Shown: positions 29,591 to 45,433, counted from the first letter of the stretch. The stretch: DNA of 64,000 nt from Eledone cirrhosa (GCA_964016885.1 OZ024743.1:15066001-15130000), one strand, 5' to 3'. Program-made: numbers and translations. The notes: generated from the sequence alone by a model not told the origin.

Positions 29591-29805
29591 ATTGGAGCCA
29601 CTTTTTTAACATAAAAACAGTCTTGGCGCAAAATCAACTTTTTACATTCACATGACCTCTAGCGACCAATCAAAATTGTTTTGACCACAAGAATTTTTGC
29701 AACACAAAAATAACGCTGGAGCCACTTTTTTAACATAAAAACAGGTAGAATTCCCAAAACTAATCAGATCAGAGCAAACAGCACGGACACTCTATCTCAA
29801 AATGA

Positions 29806-29842
29806 TTTTTGAAAAGCATTTAGAAATGCGCAACCGGTAAAA
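29806..29842 (+). ncRNA. Variant hammerhead-like motif in inverted pLTR
   Basis: ttt-TTGAAAA-gcatt taga aatgc-GCAA-ccgg-TA-aaa. Confidence 0.5.
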
Positions 29843-29960
29843 ACTTAAAAACTTAAAACCACAACTGAATACTAACCCATACAATCACTAATACTCTTTT
29901 ATTCCTAATTAAACCATTTTTCAACTGTGAACAATTTGTCAGCATTTTCTATTCCGTTTA

Positions 29961-29998
<38 letters not shown>

Positions 29999-30524
29999 AA
30001 GATCTGGAAAGATTAATAATTACGAATTGGTGCCCGGATTTAATCACACAAATATATCTACTGAAGGAAAAACAAAGACAATTGCGCAAACCCTACTAAT
30101 ATGCACAGCACACAGAATCTATATAAGCGCGCATACACGTTATGTAGAATATTATCCATACAATAAAAAGGCAAAATAAAACAAAATACACACAAACGAG
30201 TCGCGTAAGGATATCATCTCTAGTGCAATAAAGAAACGCAATAAAGTTATTATTACTGAAAATAAGACGACACACTAATGAAAACTATGCCTAACGCATC
30301 ACAAAGAAAAACAATACAATGATTATCTGATTAAATTCGTTATATCTATAACAAAGGAACTAAATGAGACAGTGTTGCCAACTTGGTGCCAAATACTAAA
30401 TAATTGTGTTAAGTACATACATACATAGATACATCCATTCATGAATACACACACACACACACATACATACACACGTACAAACACACACATACGCACACAC
30501 GTACACACACATATAATATATACA

Positions 30525-30599
<75 letters not shown>

Positions 30600-30753
30600 G
30601 ATTAAATTCTGTGTGCTGTGCATATATATATATATATAATACATATATATATATATATATATTACATATATATATGTATTTATATATATATATATATAAT
30701 ACATATATATATATATATATATATATTACATATATATATATATTTATATATAT

Positions 30754-30928
<175 letters not shown>

Positions 30929-32059
30929 TATATATATATAACAATAATAAAAATAATGACAATTGATAATTTAAGAGTGAAAATTAGGCTTATTCCTGAT
31001 TTCCTCAATGATGAAAAGGCACTTCAATTTTTATCACGGTCGTTATAGAGACAAAATATTGCGTTGAACATGAAATCACACGCGAGATTAGAGGAGACCA
31101 ATTATATATCAAATTTACCTGTAGATACATCTTCATTAGACAGGTTTTATAGTCAGAAATGTTATAAGTTGTTTTAGTTCTACAAATGACCAAATCACCT
31201 CGTTATACTGACAGTCATTGAAAAACTAACACACGCTCGCGCAATCACACACATACATACACACACCCATTTATATATATATATATATATATATACATAC
31301 ATATATATATATATCTGTGTGTGTATACTATGTATCTGTGACTATGTCTAAATATATACATATAAATCCTTATGAATTTATATATGTAAATAAATAAATA
31401 AAAAAAAAAAAAATATGTATATATATACATATATATATATATTTTATATATATATATATATGCAGAGAGAGAGATGTATATATGTATTTATTTATATATA
31501 TATATATATACATAAAGTGTAATGTTAGATGAAACAACTGAAATGATAGGCAAATACGTGGTTGTTACATCTATTTTAGATTCTATAATTTCGAAGGAAT
31601 TAATATGATTACTAGGGTCATTATCAATAATAGTGACACTGTGTTATTTCTGCTTCGATAAATATCACTATTTCGTTGATTTTAAATTATTGAACGTGAA
31701 TAAATATGTTTAAATTTAGCAAAAATGACGGTTTTGTGACAATGAAATAACAATATTGACAGATTCTAACATTACTATTTTCTAAGAAATAGCTGCGCGT
31801 CACCTTATTCATGGAAATTGGCAATGTAACTGTTAATGGTTTTGTTGTTTAGCATGTGCTGGGAGCAATGGTATTTTCTGCATACGGAGAAATATGGACG
31901 ATATCAAATAATCTGTGTGAAGAACATTATATTTTACTATATCTTCAAAATCCAATATTGAAGGACGATACCTTATTTTTCCTTGTAATCTTTCCACCCA
32001 ATTACTTACTAAACCAATTATTTTCTCATACAGTATGTTATTATTACCTTGTTAATTAA

Positions 32060-33420
32060 CAGATTTCTGCTCTTGAATTACCCCGAGCTATTTTCTGTTC
32101 ATTAGAAATAAAGTTAAGTTACTTTTATTGGGCATTCCCTCTTTAATTTTATGGGGTATTTCCTCAATTTGTTAGCAGTTTCCATAATAGATAGGCATGT
32201 TACGGGATTGAAGTTAATAACTTTACTTCCTTTCTGTCCATTATTCCCGATTATGACTGTTCAGCCTTAGTCATCTCTTTCGGGACATTTTCCTCTGGAG
32301 ACTTGTAAGATTAGCCTCCATTTAACGTTCTTTGCAACTTCGTTTGCAATGAACTCCAAAGTAATTAATATATGAAACTGTCGTTTTTCACTTGTCTCGG
32401 TCATTGAACAGCTGCTTCACTCAATTCCGACTCCTCCTATTATGTTCCTTTTTAGTTCCATATATCACCGCAGCTCATTGCTTCTCTCTGTCTGCTAGAT
32501 CATCCTCGTGTCATTCTACTCCTACCAGTCTCTGAAACATTGCTAATGATTATTGTGGAATAGCCTATTCATCTCGTACAGTATGTTATTATTACCTTGT
32601 TATTATTAACTTTCATATTTTCTCGTTTTAGAATTCTTTGCTGTCACTCTGATTTATTCATTCTATTGTAACATCCACTCCTTCATTCTCAAGCTTCGAT
32701 TTCTTTCTAGTATTATGGCGACTCCATCCAGAATGGAGCTTTCAGTGACTGAAGTTATGGTACAACACTATTGAAATTGTTGTCAAATACTATTCGTTTT
32801 GTCTACCACGAAACCTTTCGGACTCTCTTGTTTTACTCTCGTTTTAACCAACCTTTTTCGCTAATAATCTGCAACCAATATCCATAGGTTATTTTACGAC
32901 GAGAGAGTGGTTAGTGATTCATAACTTAAAACTAGGTTGCTCGCTTTCAATTTTTCTTTTACATTCTTCCATTGCATGTTCTTAGGTTAGCTTGCTTCTC
33001 ATTATTATTCTGTTCCGGTTAGTCTAGAATCGCGCCAAATCACACAATCCCATCATATATCCCACCAGCATGCCTCATTCCCATATTTATTTCCTCTCTA
33101 TTCCTATTCATATCCATCTCAGCAATTGATGCACTCTATTTCATCGTTAACATTACTAACATTCATTTCAGACTGGTCTTTACATTCTGTTCAACTTTTA
33201 TAAGGCGTTTAATTTCTTCTCATTTTAATTTCGATAAGTAGCCATTCCAATTTACTGGTCCTGCTAGTCATACGTTTTTCTGTTCTGTCACGAGGAAACT
33301 CTATTTCGTTCCGTTCCTGCTAAGAGTTCATTACCACATTCTGTAGTGTAGAATTTAGGCTTTTCATGATTTCTACTCTTTACTTCATATTTTTCTGGCA
33401 TTTCATAATTCTGTTTGGTA
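32060..33420 (-). pseudogene. Possible very decayed RTE-like LINE remnant
   Basis: Minus-strand fragments KSPEENVPKEMTK (cf. KAPGxDxVxxEMxK) and weak AP-endonuclease-like pieces. Heavily interrupted. Confidence 0.3.
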
Positions 33421-35396
33421 TTTACCCGCATCTTTCTTGATAGATATGTTATTAAAATTACATAGTTAAGGCATTAGCTACCTATATTTTATACAGTATT
33501 TATTTCTAAATCCATACTTCAGAATACTATCATTTTCAGCGTACTGCTTGAAACCGTCCATCTACATAAGATGGTTGGTTGTCTCGTCATAATAATTAAA
33601 CTGCCGTCCAATCCGGTTTAACATAGCCGTTAATAGTGTTAGATTCAACAACAAAAGGAATTGGAGAGGAGAAAACACTTTCGAATTATCCTGTTCTTAA
33701 CGAAATTAGTTTATTCATCATAGTTCCCTATCTTGTATATATCTGCAATATTGTTTGCCATTTACTCATACTTGGTTTGCGCTTATTCGATAATAGAGTT
33801 TCCATGATACATGTGTAGAGAATTCTGTAAAAACACATTGTGACAATTAATCAGTAACTTCTCTTCATTTTATTTACAACTCCCCATCTTTTTTATGTTT
33901 TTATTTCCTATCAAATGTATTCTATTTAGAGGAATGTAAGTGGTTCAATTGCAGCTTCCGTGTCAGTAGTGTTTTATATTAGATGTAACATTAGTTTGGG
34001 GATTAATTGGGGGGTTTTTCGGTGAGTCGGTTAAATGTAACGTATTACAGCTCTGTCTCTATCACAATAACACATGTTACATTCGCAATTTATGAATATC
34101 TCTACAATACCTAACCTTATAATGTCATTCTGAATTTCCCTTCTTCTGTTGTTTCATCGTTTGAGTAGGATCTGTGTTTTCCGGCCTGCAATAATTAAGA
34201 TGATGAGATCGCTTTTTTGACCAATATTATCATCATTGATATCTTCGCTATACATATTCCCTGCCACACTCTTAAATAGCTCCTACTGAATTCAATTTTT
34301 TTCTTGCCAAGTTTCTTGTAAAATCATTTTGATTTGTAATCGCAATAATTGTATCGTTTAGAAATCATTGACATTTTTCGTGCTGGCCGATACTTGAGAG
34401 TTTGTGAGGATCCCATTGGTTGTAGATGTTTCATTATTTCCCTTTTGTTGTGTTATATTTCTAGATGTATTCTCTTTTATTCATCTTATTGTTGTTTATC
34501 TGTTGTTGATTTCATTATTGAAAGGATTTTCTCTTATTTTCCACGATTTTCTGTATTCTTTGTATATGGATATCACAGTAGCAGTCTCCTACCATGGTAA
34601 ATAACGGAGATGTTGCTAATATTATTTCATTTAAACTTGGAACCTTGTATTTGTTATTCCATGGTTAACGTTTATTATTGTTATTGTTCTGTTTCCGTGG
34701 ACATTTCCTGAGAGTTACTGTCTATTTTCCTTTTTATTTATTTCAAATTTCAGGTATTCATGATATTCAGAACTCATTGTTCTTTGTTTTTTTTTTGCAA
34801 AAAGTCTCCTTTATTTATTTTTTATTTGTGAATATTGGTTCAGGATTTGATTGCATGTCAGCTAAGTTATATTATGGGTGCGGTAATTAAAAATCAATTT
34901 TATTCGTTTTTCACGCTTTGTTCTTTATTTCTATTTTCAGCATTTACTTTCAACCGACTTAATTTTTATTACGCGTTTTGTAAATGTTGTGTGTATTTTC
35001 ATATTGTACACACCGTTAAACTATTATACTTCAAAATTTGTTGGTTCGTAAGTCTTTGAGAGATTTAAGGTTTGCTTGTGTTTTGAGGTATACCTTGAGA
35101 TTTATTTGATTACTTTCATTCTAGAATTTATACAGTGACCCTGTGAAATAAGCATATTTCACGTGTAACAATATTTCTCGTATTTGTGAAAGCTGAGTAG
35201 GTAAATCTGCCAAATGTTTACGTAGTCAACATCTTCGTCGTGTGACAGTTTGTTTCTACTTTCATTTTTGGATTTGGAGACACGTTAGTTTATTTAATTT
35301 TTACAAATGTTTAAACTTCAAATTATAGCAAGCATTCTTCTTTTATCAACCACCGTTTTATATTCAAACTATTTGACATTATTTTTATATGTAGAG

Positions 35397-35580
35397 GGCG
35401 GTAGATTGGCAGTATCGGTAGAGGGTCGGATTCCATGCTTTCCAGCATAGTTACGTCCCTTTACGATCTGAGTTCAAATCCCGCCGAGGTTGACTTTGCC
35501 TTTCATCCTTACGAGGTCGATCAAATAAAGTACCAGTAATGAACTGGGTATTTGCTGGCCTTGTGCCTAAAGTAGAAACA
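35397..35580 (+). mobile_element. tRNA-derived SINE
   Basis: A/B boxes. TSD attattttt(t)atatgtaga at ~35379-35396 and ~35581-35599. Confidence 0.9.
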
Positions 35581-36151
35581 ATTATTTTTATATGTAGATT
35601 TATCAGTTCCTTGTTGATATGGATTGAGATGTATGAGGATAGGTAGTTTATTAGAGTTATGTGAGAGCTGATTATTGTGAACTCTTGTAATATCAAAGTT
35701 GTAAGTGTTAAATATCATTATCAATATGTGTATTATATATTATTTCATCAGTTATAAGGATTTCGTTATTTGCTTTCATTTAATTTGTTGTTTGTGATAT
35801 AATCGTATTTAAGAACAGTCTGATATATGTTCATTCAAATTGTTTGTACATGGTTGTGGGGTTGTTATTATCACATTTGGTCGTTAATATATGACAATTT
35901 AAAGGTACACCTCTGGACTTACTGATAATACAAGCAAAGATCAAATGGTATGCCTATATTTTCAGCTTCCATATGACCCTTCTACTCCAGCCTTCATTTA
36001 TCATATTTTTTGAGAAGGACATAAAGAAGTTTTCACTGTATTGTGTTATCAGCTTTTTTGTTTCCTTTTATGTTTTACACACATATATATCAATATATCT
36101 GTATCACTCTCTATCTCTATCTCTCTCTCTCTTTCTCTATATCTCTGTATC

Positions 36152-36226
<75 letters not shown>

Positions 36227-36236
36227 TATATATATA

Positions 36237-37124
36237 CTAGCAGTAAAGCCCGGCGTTGCTCGGGGTCGCTCAGTAGCTGTGTTAAAGTTACAATGTTAAG
36301 TTTCTTTATTGGCTTAAAAACTGTAGTGTCTACTGTGCAGACTTGCATGTGGTGTTTTTGATTAATATTCCCTCAACCAACAATATGCCTTATGAAGTTA
36401 AGAAAACATAACGATAACCCCAATGTTATAACAAAAGAGGATGCTGGGGATAGAAACTGCACTGGTTATTTATCAACAAAGATCGAAAATGTAAACACTG
36501 CAACGCAGAGAAAAACATTAGCGTAACCAAATTATCAGTTATGTCTGTCTGCACGCCTATATCACCTCTCTGCACGACTGTCTGTCTGCACGCCTATATC
36601 ACCTCTCTGCACGACTGTCTGTCTGCACGCGTATATCACCTCTCTGCACGACTGTCTGTCTGCACGACTGTCTGTCTGCACGCCTAACGAAATTTACAGA
36701 TACATATATTTTAAATAAACTTATATAATTTTTGCTTTTTTTTACGAAATATTTGCTTGTTTTACGTAGTCTTTAAATAGACTTGTTTTCAAGTAAAAAT
36801 ATTGTTTTAAAATGCTTTTAAATGGAATGTATTGTGTTAATGTCATTTTAAACGCTGAGAAAGCCAGCGTAATTTTTTACGTAAGACGCTCAATGTAAAC
36901 AGAACAAAGGGAAATAACTGATAACTTACGCTCAAAAATCGATACATTATATTCGATTTCGTCACATAGGGTGGGTCAATTTGAAATATTTTTTTTCCGA
37001 TGTCTTCGCTAGGGCTCAATGTACAAGTATAGCAATTTCGGTGCAATTCCGTGAGAGATTCTAAGAGGAGATGTGTGCCAAATATCGATAGACAGACAGA
37101 CAACCACAGTTTTATATATAGAGA
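36237..37124 (-). mobile_element. Non-autonomous Helitron
   Basis: Minus strand begins a|TCTCTATATATAAAA..gtctgtctg and ends ccgagcaacgccggg (hairpin)-ctttactg-CTAG|t, i.e. 5'-TC, 3'-hairpin+CTAG, A|T target, no TSD. Confidence 0.8.
36542..36686. repeat. ~37-bp minisatellite inside the Helitron
   Basis: (tgtctgtctgcacgcctatatcacctctctgcacgac) x3 plus partial copies. Confidence 0.9.
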
Positions 37125-38446
37125 TTAGCATTAACAGTAGCATACATACACGTATATATATACATACATATTGGCTTGTATATATATATATATATATATA
37201 TATACAAGCCAACAATGTGACTTATTTAAAGATTCGAAGTATTTGCGTCCCAACTCAAATGACCATAATTATATTCCATTACTAAAACAATGAAGATAAT
37301 CAGGAAAATGCACCTCAGAAAGCGAAACCTAGACGACTCTGCCCACTTTTTCCTCTCGTATTATGCTCATTTGTGCTGTGAAATATACCATTCTAATACG
37401 ACGTTTCAGCAGAATGAATCATTATAGTTCTGCAATTATGTAATGTGTTTCATTTTGATAAAATCTTTGACAAGGCTGCTTCTTTGAGTTTCGTGTACCA
37501 TCCTTTCAATGGGTAACCAAAATAGTTCCGTCTGCTCTGATAAATTTGTACAAGCTGACATGCAGTGGAATCGAACTTGGTACCTAATGAATACGAGGCA
37601 AACATCTTAACATCTCGACCATGATGCACTTATCATGTAGTAAAGAAAACTGATGATAACACAAGCAGAAAACAGAACATTGCAGACGGATAAATAATCG
37701 TAACATTCTGAAATGACACAAGAAATAACGTACCTGGGAAACATATATATGGCATTCATATAGTGGTATTTGTTGGTTTCATATAATGGTGATTTTTCCT
37801 CTGAATAAACTGAATATAAAATGTAAAATGCAGTATGAATACAGAACTCTTTCAACAATTGTGATAGACCTATACATTATAGTGTTAATGATGTAGAAGA
37901 GACAGCCTTGGAGCTGCTATAAAATATATAGATTGCTTCTTCAATAAATGCCATTTTGACGATATGACATAAAATGTTTATCAGTTAGAAAAGTTTTTCA
38001 ACCACTTTGGAAATTTCGGTAGAAATTATGCAGAAATGTAGCCAGTTGCTGTTCATTTTTGAACAGCTAAACTAAAAGATTTTCTTTAGAATATATTTTG
38101 TATAGTGAGATTGCATGACACAAATAACACGAATAAAAAAAAGAAAAACAGGGAGAAAACGTCCTTTCTCAGAAGTAGGATTGAAAAAGAAAAAGAAAAA
38201 GAAAAAGACAGAAATAAGACAATGATTTCTATAGCTTCAAATATTGGGTTACAACTAAAGAAGATCTACAAAAAATGGTTGCCAATCAATGAGAAATGTA
38301 AATTATGACGAAAAAAATTATTGTTCACATACCTACGGACAGAATCAAGATATATAGATGGTACCATAAAATGGTGTAGTCAGCAATTTTATTTTGGATA
38401 TAACCGAGACAGCAATGCATTATATATTCATGTATAAATAAATAAA

Positions 38447-38560
<114 letters not shown>

Positions 38561-39367
38561 TATATATATATATATATATAATGGAAAAATTTGAACAGGG
38601 ACAAGACAGAGAGGCAGTACAACAAATGTTTATTAATTTCACGCTCTTGAGAGTGGGGTGTTGGTGGGGGACAATATACATATATATAAGTATATACATA
38701 TATACATATATATATATATGTGTGTGTATGCAATGACGTACAGAACTATATATTTATATACTTTCGATTGATATACATACTTACATATGTAGTTTACGTA
38801 TTATTTCATTGAATGCGTGTATGAATAATATCTCAGTTCCATGTTCTATAGCTATGATTAATTTTCTCAAATAGTCAGTGAAGAGGAAGGCATATCCTGC
38901 TAGTCAGTATATTTTATTAAATGTCTTAACAAATCTCAACTCGCCACTTGCGAATCACACCATATAATATAACGTTCCATATTTTATTGGTTATTCCCTC
39001 TATGTTTCTTATCATCTTCATATAATGAATGCAATAAACTTATGGTTATCAATTATGTTTATTTGTTTTCGTAGAGAATATTTCTAGTTTCTTTTATTTC
39101 TCGGAATAAATTTAGTGGTTAGTTTACTCGAGTTAACTGATATATTTATTGAAAGGGAAAAGTGAATCTTCCGCACACTTATCATCTTAAAACACAATTA
39201 TGAACTTAAACAGAAATAGGAATAACCTGACGTAAAGCTGGAATTACATTTTTAATCCTATTTATATGGTGGAGTAACATATATTAAACAAAATGCACAT
39301 CTTCTTCGGTTCAATCATTTAAATGAGGATTCAAGTCTTCCGTATTGCAAATCAAACTAACCTAATA

Positions 39368-39664
39368 TAATTGTTTCTACTTCTGGCACAAGGCCAAAAA
39401 TTATCCTGGGATTTGAAATCAGTGCTTAAAGCATGGTGTCCGACCCTCTACCGATACTGCCAACTAACCGTATATAATTGTTTCTACATTTGGCACAAGG
39501 CCAGCAATTATACATTAAATTACTTGTACTTTATTTTATCGATCCCGTAAGGCTGAAAGGCAAAGTTAACCGCGACGGGATTTGAACTCAGACCATAGAG
39601 GGATGTAACTATGCTGGAATGCATGGCGTCCGACTCTCCACCGATACCGCCAATTCACCACCCT
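39368..39664 (-). mobile_element. tRNA-SINE plus adjacent internally deleted copy
   Basis: Full copy ~39475-39664 and deleted copy ~39368-39463. actaacctaata flanks the pair (39356-39367, 39665-39676). Confidence 0.85.
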
Positions 39665-40114
39665 ACTAACCTAATACATTGAGCTACACTTGTTCCATGA
39701 TAAACATGAATGAAATTCTGGTAGCGTTTGTGTTACGTCATAAGAAAAATTTCAGACAAGAAGAATTATTTAGGTTTTCCATATAAATGATACTTACTAA
39801 ATGTTTCACGATTATTGTGAAAACTATAATTAACTACTGCTCTCCTAAATATTATATCCTTATTTATTGTGTCTTTAACCATAACCAAATAAACAAATAC
39901 ACGACTGTTTACAGACCAAACCGCCTCTGGAAAACTGTTCTACATGTTATGGCCCGATTAACTCGGTTTACATTAAATTAGCAATTTTGAAACTTGTGAC
40001 TATAGTACACAATTACCAAATTATTTTTATTAAATAATCTGCTTAAATATTTTGATCATAAATACTCACACATATGCACGCGCATTCATATACATACATA
40101 TGCCCACACACACT

Positions 40115-40156
<42 letters not shown>

Positions 40157-40501
40157 GATATTAATAAATCGAAACTATATTTATAAAACCATATTTATTT
40201 CATTATACATATTTCAGGGATACCACATTAAATTATGGTATGCCTTCATCAGGCAAAATACAATATATAACAGTTTTACAAATAGCTTTGACGTACCCTT
40301 TTAAAATGCAACCATTACTTTTGGAGGCTGTCTGGATAGTGATTTGTTTATATTATTTTAATAAGTCAGAGTGTTAAGCACAATTAGAAAAAGACGGAGA
40401 GAAAGAAAAAAAGCAAAAAGACGGAGAGAGAGAAAGAAAACCTAGAGAAATATCGGAGAGAGAGAGAAATGTATGGAGGTGTGTGTGTGTGTCTGTGCAT
40501 G

Positions 40502-40561
<60 letters not shown>

Positions 40562-40564
<3 letters not shown>

Positions 40565-43354
40565 GGTGTTCCAGAATCCCACGTTTTACACAAAAGTGTT
40601 TCTTTCTTAGCTCCCTATGCATTTTCTGATGCCATTTTGTATACTATCAATTTATAATATAATTTTGATTATTTCAGACTAATGTAAGTCTTGCATAATA
40701 GTTACAAATTGGCAGAATAATGGCGGAAACCAGTGGGCCTAGTTGTAGCTACTTGCCCCGTTGTGATGATCGAGAAATATGGCTCCTGGGGCAATAAGTT
40801 GCATCCTTTTTACCAAACAAATTACCAACAAAGGGGGATGTTCTAAGATATTTCTTCTACCTGAAAGATGGTCCTATGAAACACGAAAAGCATGTGAGCT
40901 TCTATGGTGCTATTGCGGATAGGCTTGTGATGGAAGTAGTTAGTCAGTGGGAAAAAGCTGGTGTGGCGACTCAACAGAAAGACAAAGTGAAACTGAAAAT
41001 TATGAAGATGTACAGTGAATACAGAAATTTACAAAAGACAAAGGTTCTAAGTCAAACAAAGAAACGGAAGCACTATTTATTTCTGAATTGGATTCGTATT
41101 TCTACATTGCACATACTGATGCTGAAAAGACAATTTTGAAAGACCGTCTTCGTAATAATGAACAGAAAATGGAAGATGCTACATTTCTCGAAGCCCTGCG
41201 TTGCCAGAAAAAGTACCTCTCGGTGCTGAATGAAGACAAGGGTTACCAGAAAAAGGTATCTTGAAAGTTTAAGCGTGATAAGGTTTCTGTGGCTCGATGC
41301 CATAAATGCTGTTCTCTGGCCCAGTGTAGAAAGCGTTTGTCAGGATATGTAGCAGCAGAACTCCCGGGTAATGAACTGAGTGATTCAAGTTCAACCAATG
41401 ATTAAACTGAAGATGAACAGGATCCGGAATTTCAGGCCTTAAACCCACTTAGAGACAGCTCAAAGTTAAACAAAAAAACGAAAAATCCAGCTAGAACTCC
41501 TAAAGAATATATTTCAAAGTCCAAATATTTCTCTAATGGCTGATCGTTCAAACCTGACACTGGGCCAGAGAACAGCATTTATGGCATCGATTATTTTTGA
41601 GGGTGGGACTGACATAGAGGCCATAACTCTCTCCTAGAATAGTAGCAGATGTGCAGCTAAGAAGATCAGAACTGTGGGGCTGAACACATAATGGAACAAT
41701 TTGCTGTACCAGACTTTGTTACCTTGCATTGGGATGGCAAAATAATTCCTGGTGACCACGAGAGGCTAGGTGTGCTAGTTGCTGGAACTCTGGACTTCAG
41801 AGAAGGTAAACTCCTCGGGGTTCCCATAATTCCTGTTGGCACTGGAACCACCCAAGCCAAAGTATCATTTGATCTTGTTAAAGATTGGAATGTTGATGGG
41901 TCTGTGGTGGGCTTGGTCTTCGACACAACTACTGCGAATTCTGGATGGAAAAGTGGTCCCTGCGTGAAAACTAGGAAGAGATGTTCAACACAAAAGGTCT
42001 TTTATTTTGCTTGTCGGCACCATGTCAGGGAGCGTATCTTGTGTGCAACAACTATTCGGAATGTCCAGTCCAGACACCCCAGAGTTTAACGAGTTCACAA
42101 AAGATTGGTTGTCACTCACGGAAAAGACCAACTTTAAAACATTGAACATTTGTCGACCGGAGACTCAAGCGTCTGTGTTCTGAGAACATCAAGTTTCTCC
42201 AAAATTTGCTGACATCCGACGATGGGAAAATGAGTTCTCCTCCACGGGACGAATACCAAGAATGTGCCGAGTTGATGCCGATCTTGCTTTTTGTCATCCC
42301 TCCACGTGGAATTCATTGGATGCTGCCTGGTGAACATCATAATGCTCGTTGGGTGTCCACACTCATCTATAGTGCAAAGATGTATGCATTTGGTGAGCGA
42401 CTCAATTACGATCAGCTAAAATGGAAAAGTTGCGCCGGATCTGTATGTTCAATGCTCTGTTCTACGTGCGATACTGGCTAACAGCAGTCAAGTGTGCTGA
42501 TGCCACTTCCAATGATTTTCAATTCTACGTGGAGGTGACACAGTACAGTAAGGTTGACAGAGATCTCTCGCAGGCAGCCAATACTGCTCTGAGCAGGAAT
42601 ATTTGGTACCTGACGGAGGAAGCCATTCCACTAGTGCTGTTTTCAAGTTGGGTCCAAGAGTCTGAGAAGAAACAAATAGCCCAATGTCTTATCAAAACGA
42701 AAACGTATGGGCCTCTCGACCGTGGTGCTCCAGTATTTCCCAAGTTGAAGTCATCCACGAAGCTGCCTCATCTAGTTGGGAAGAAATCAAGGCTTCTGTT
42801 CGATCTCCTTGGTCTCGACGATACTTGGCTTGAGCTGTCTCCTGCAGCTTGGTCATCATAATCGTCTTATCAAAATGCCTGTACTGTTGTTCACAATATC
42901 AAGGAAGTCAACGATCTGGCGGAGAGATAAGTCAAGTTGATAACTGATTTTGTTGCCATCACCAAGAATGAGGAGGAGAAGCAGTGTGTTCTTCAAGTAG
43001 TCGAAGCTCATCGTCGCAAAGTACCGAATTTCAAGACGAGACTCTAAAAAAATATGACAGGAGTTAACTTAACTGAAGTTGTTTCTTCCTTGTACGCCTT
43101 TATATTTAAAGCTGGTCTACTAAATATAATGGATTAATAAAGTAGACAATTATTGTATGGTCATATTTTGTTTCACATTTTCATGATTTCATGCAACATA
43201 ATCACACTTTCCACTATAATAACCATGATATAGGCAAAACTCAAAATAATTGATTTCATACAAAATATATTTTATTTTACCAAATGGGGGCATTTATAAT
43301 GGGAAAATACACAGGGAGCGATAGTATTGTGACCTTGCTTTTTATGGCACACTA
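40562..43354 (+). mobile_element. hAT-related (hATm-like) DNA transposon, decayed, inserted in (TA)n
   Basis: Imperfect TIRs tagggtgttcca / tggcacacta with subterminal gctccctatgcattttc / gaaaatacacagggagc. Subgroup name is from recall. Confidence 0.75.
40720..43040 (+). pseudogene. DDE transposase pseudogene
   Basis: IWLLG..NKLPTKGDVLRYF; LHWDGK (D1); VFDTT (D2); ACRHH (CxxH); HHNARW; WYLTEE; VNDLAER*VKL (E). Multiple stops and frameshifts. Confidence 0.85.
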
Positions 43355-43356
43355 TA

Positions 43357-43440
<84 letters not shown>

Positions 43441-43935
43441 ATATAGGTAGTGGAATTTCGTATTTCTAAAGATATAGTGTATATTTATAAATAATCATTA
43501 TGAAAGCCGTGGCTATGCAAAAACCCCAGTGGCTATCAGCACCTGGAGGTCTCCAACAGAAGCAAGTGGGACAGTCGTTGATGCTCAGTTCGAACTGAAC
43601 TGGTTCTCGTCAGGACGATCCCTCCCGCTCTTGCAACCAACTGCTCGACTTTGAAATCAGGTGAGGGTGTATAGTTTTCTCGTCTGTGTAAATGAGGTGA
43701 TTAATTTCATTTGCATTTGAAGTTGTACAAGCTTCGATGATTGCATCCTTTGCTTCTGCTGGACAGCACCAGGTGGCGACAACTGCTGTTATTTATGCAT
43801 AGCTACAGCTTTCTAAATGTATATTTATAAACATACCGTATTTCCTTAGAAATACGAAATTTCAATACATATCTGTATACAGCTATGCTCGAAGCTAGAT
43901 CCCAATCCTCTCTCACTCTTCCTCTCTCTCCCTCT

Positions 43936-44064
<129 letters not shown>

Positions 44065-44409
44065 CCAATCGTCTTTTAATCTAAATTTTATTTTTATCAT
44101 GTATATCTGCTGAAGAGTAACGTCTTGAATAATGCAGGTATAATGGAGTAAAAAATTAAATGGTAATACACAGTTTTCTCCACAAATGCATGCGATATTG
44201 TATCCACATTGAAATGTCCGTCGCGATGTATAAAGAAATAGCAAAAAATCCTATCCTTGTTTTTCTCAAATTCTCAAATTTTGAATCGTAAATGCCCTGC
44301 AAACGGAACTGGCCTTTTTTCATCCAGTTTTCTATCAGCTCCCAAAGAAGGAAGGGTTGAAAACTGTATGTCGAGGTTATAGTATCTTACCAAATATATG
44401 CACTATGAC

Positions 44410-45384
<975 letters not shown>

Positions 45385-45433
45385 ACACTCACTGATATAT
45401 GAATATACTTATATATATATATTTATATATATA

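Noticed and set aside
29594-29637. N-terminus MILRQDCFYVKKVAP of ORF 29197-29637 as the PLE start
   Set aside because: Derived from the antisense of the inverted pLTR fused to a 5'-truncated ORF.
36542-36686. Regular repeats resembling a CRISPR array
   Set aside because: Head-to-tail minisatellite without unique spacers, in eukaryotic context with no cas genes.
43764-43780. CTCF-like motif cagcaccaggtggcgac
   Set aside because: A single short match is expected by chance in 64 kb, and there is no supporting evidence.
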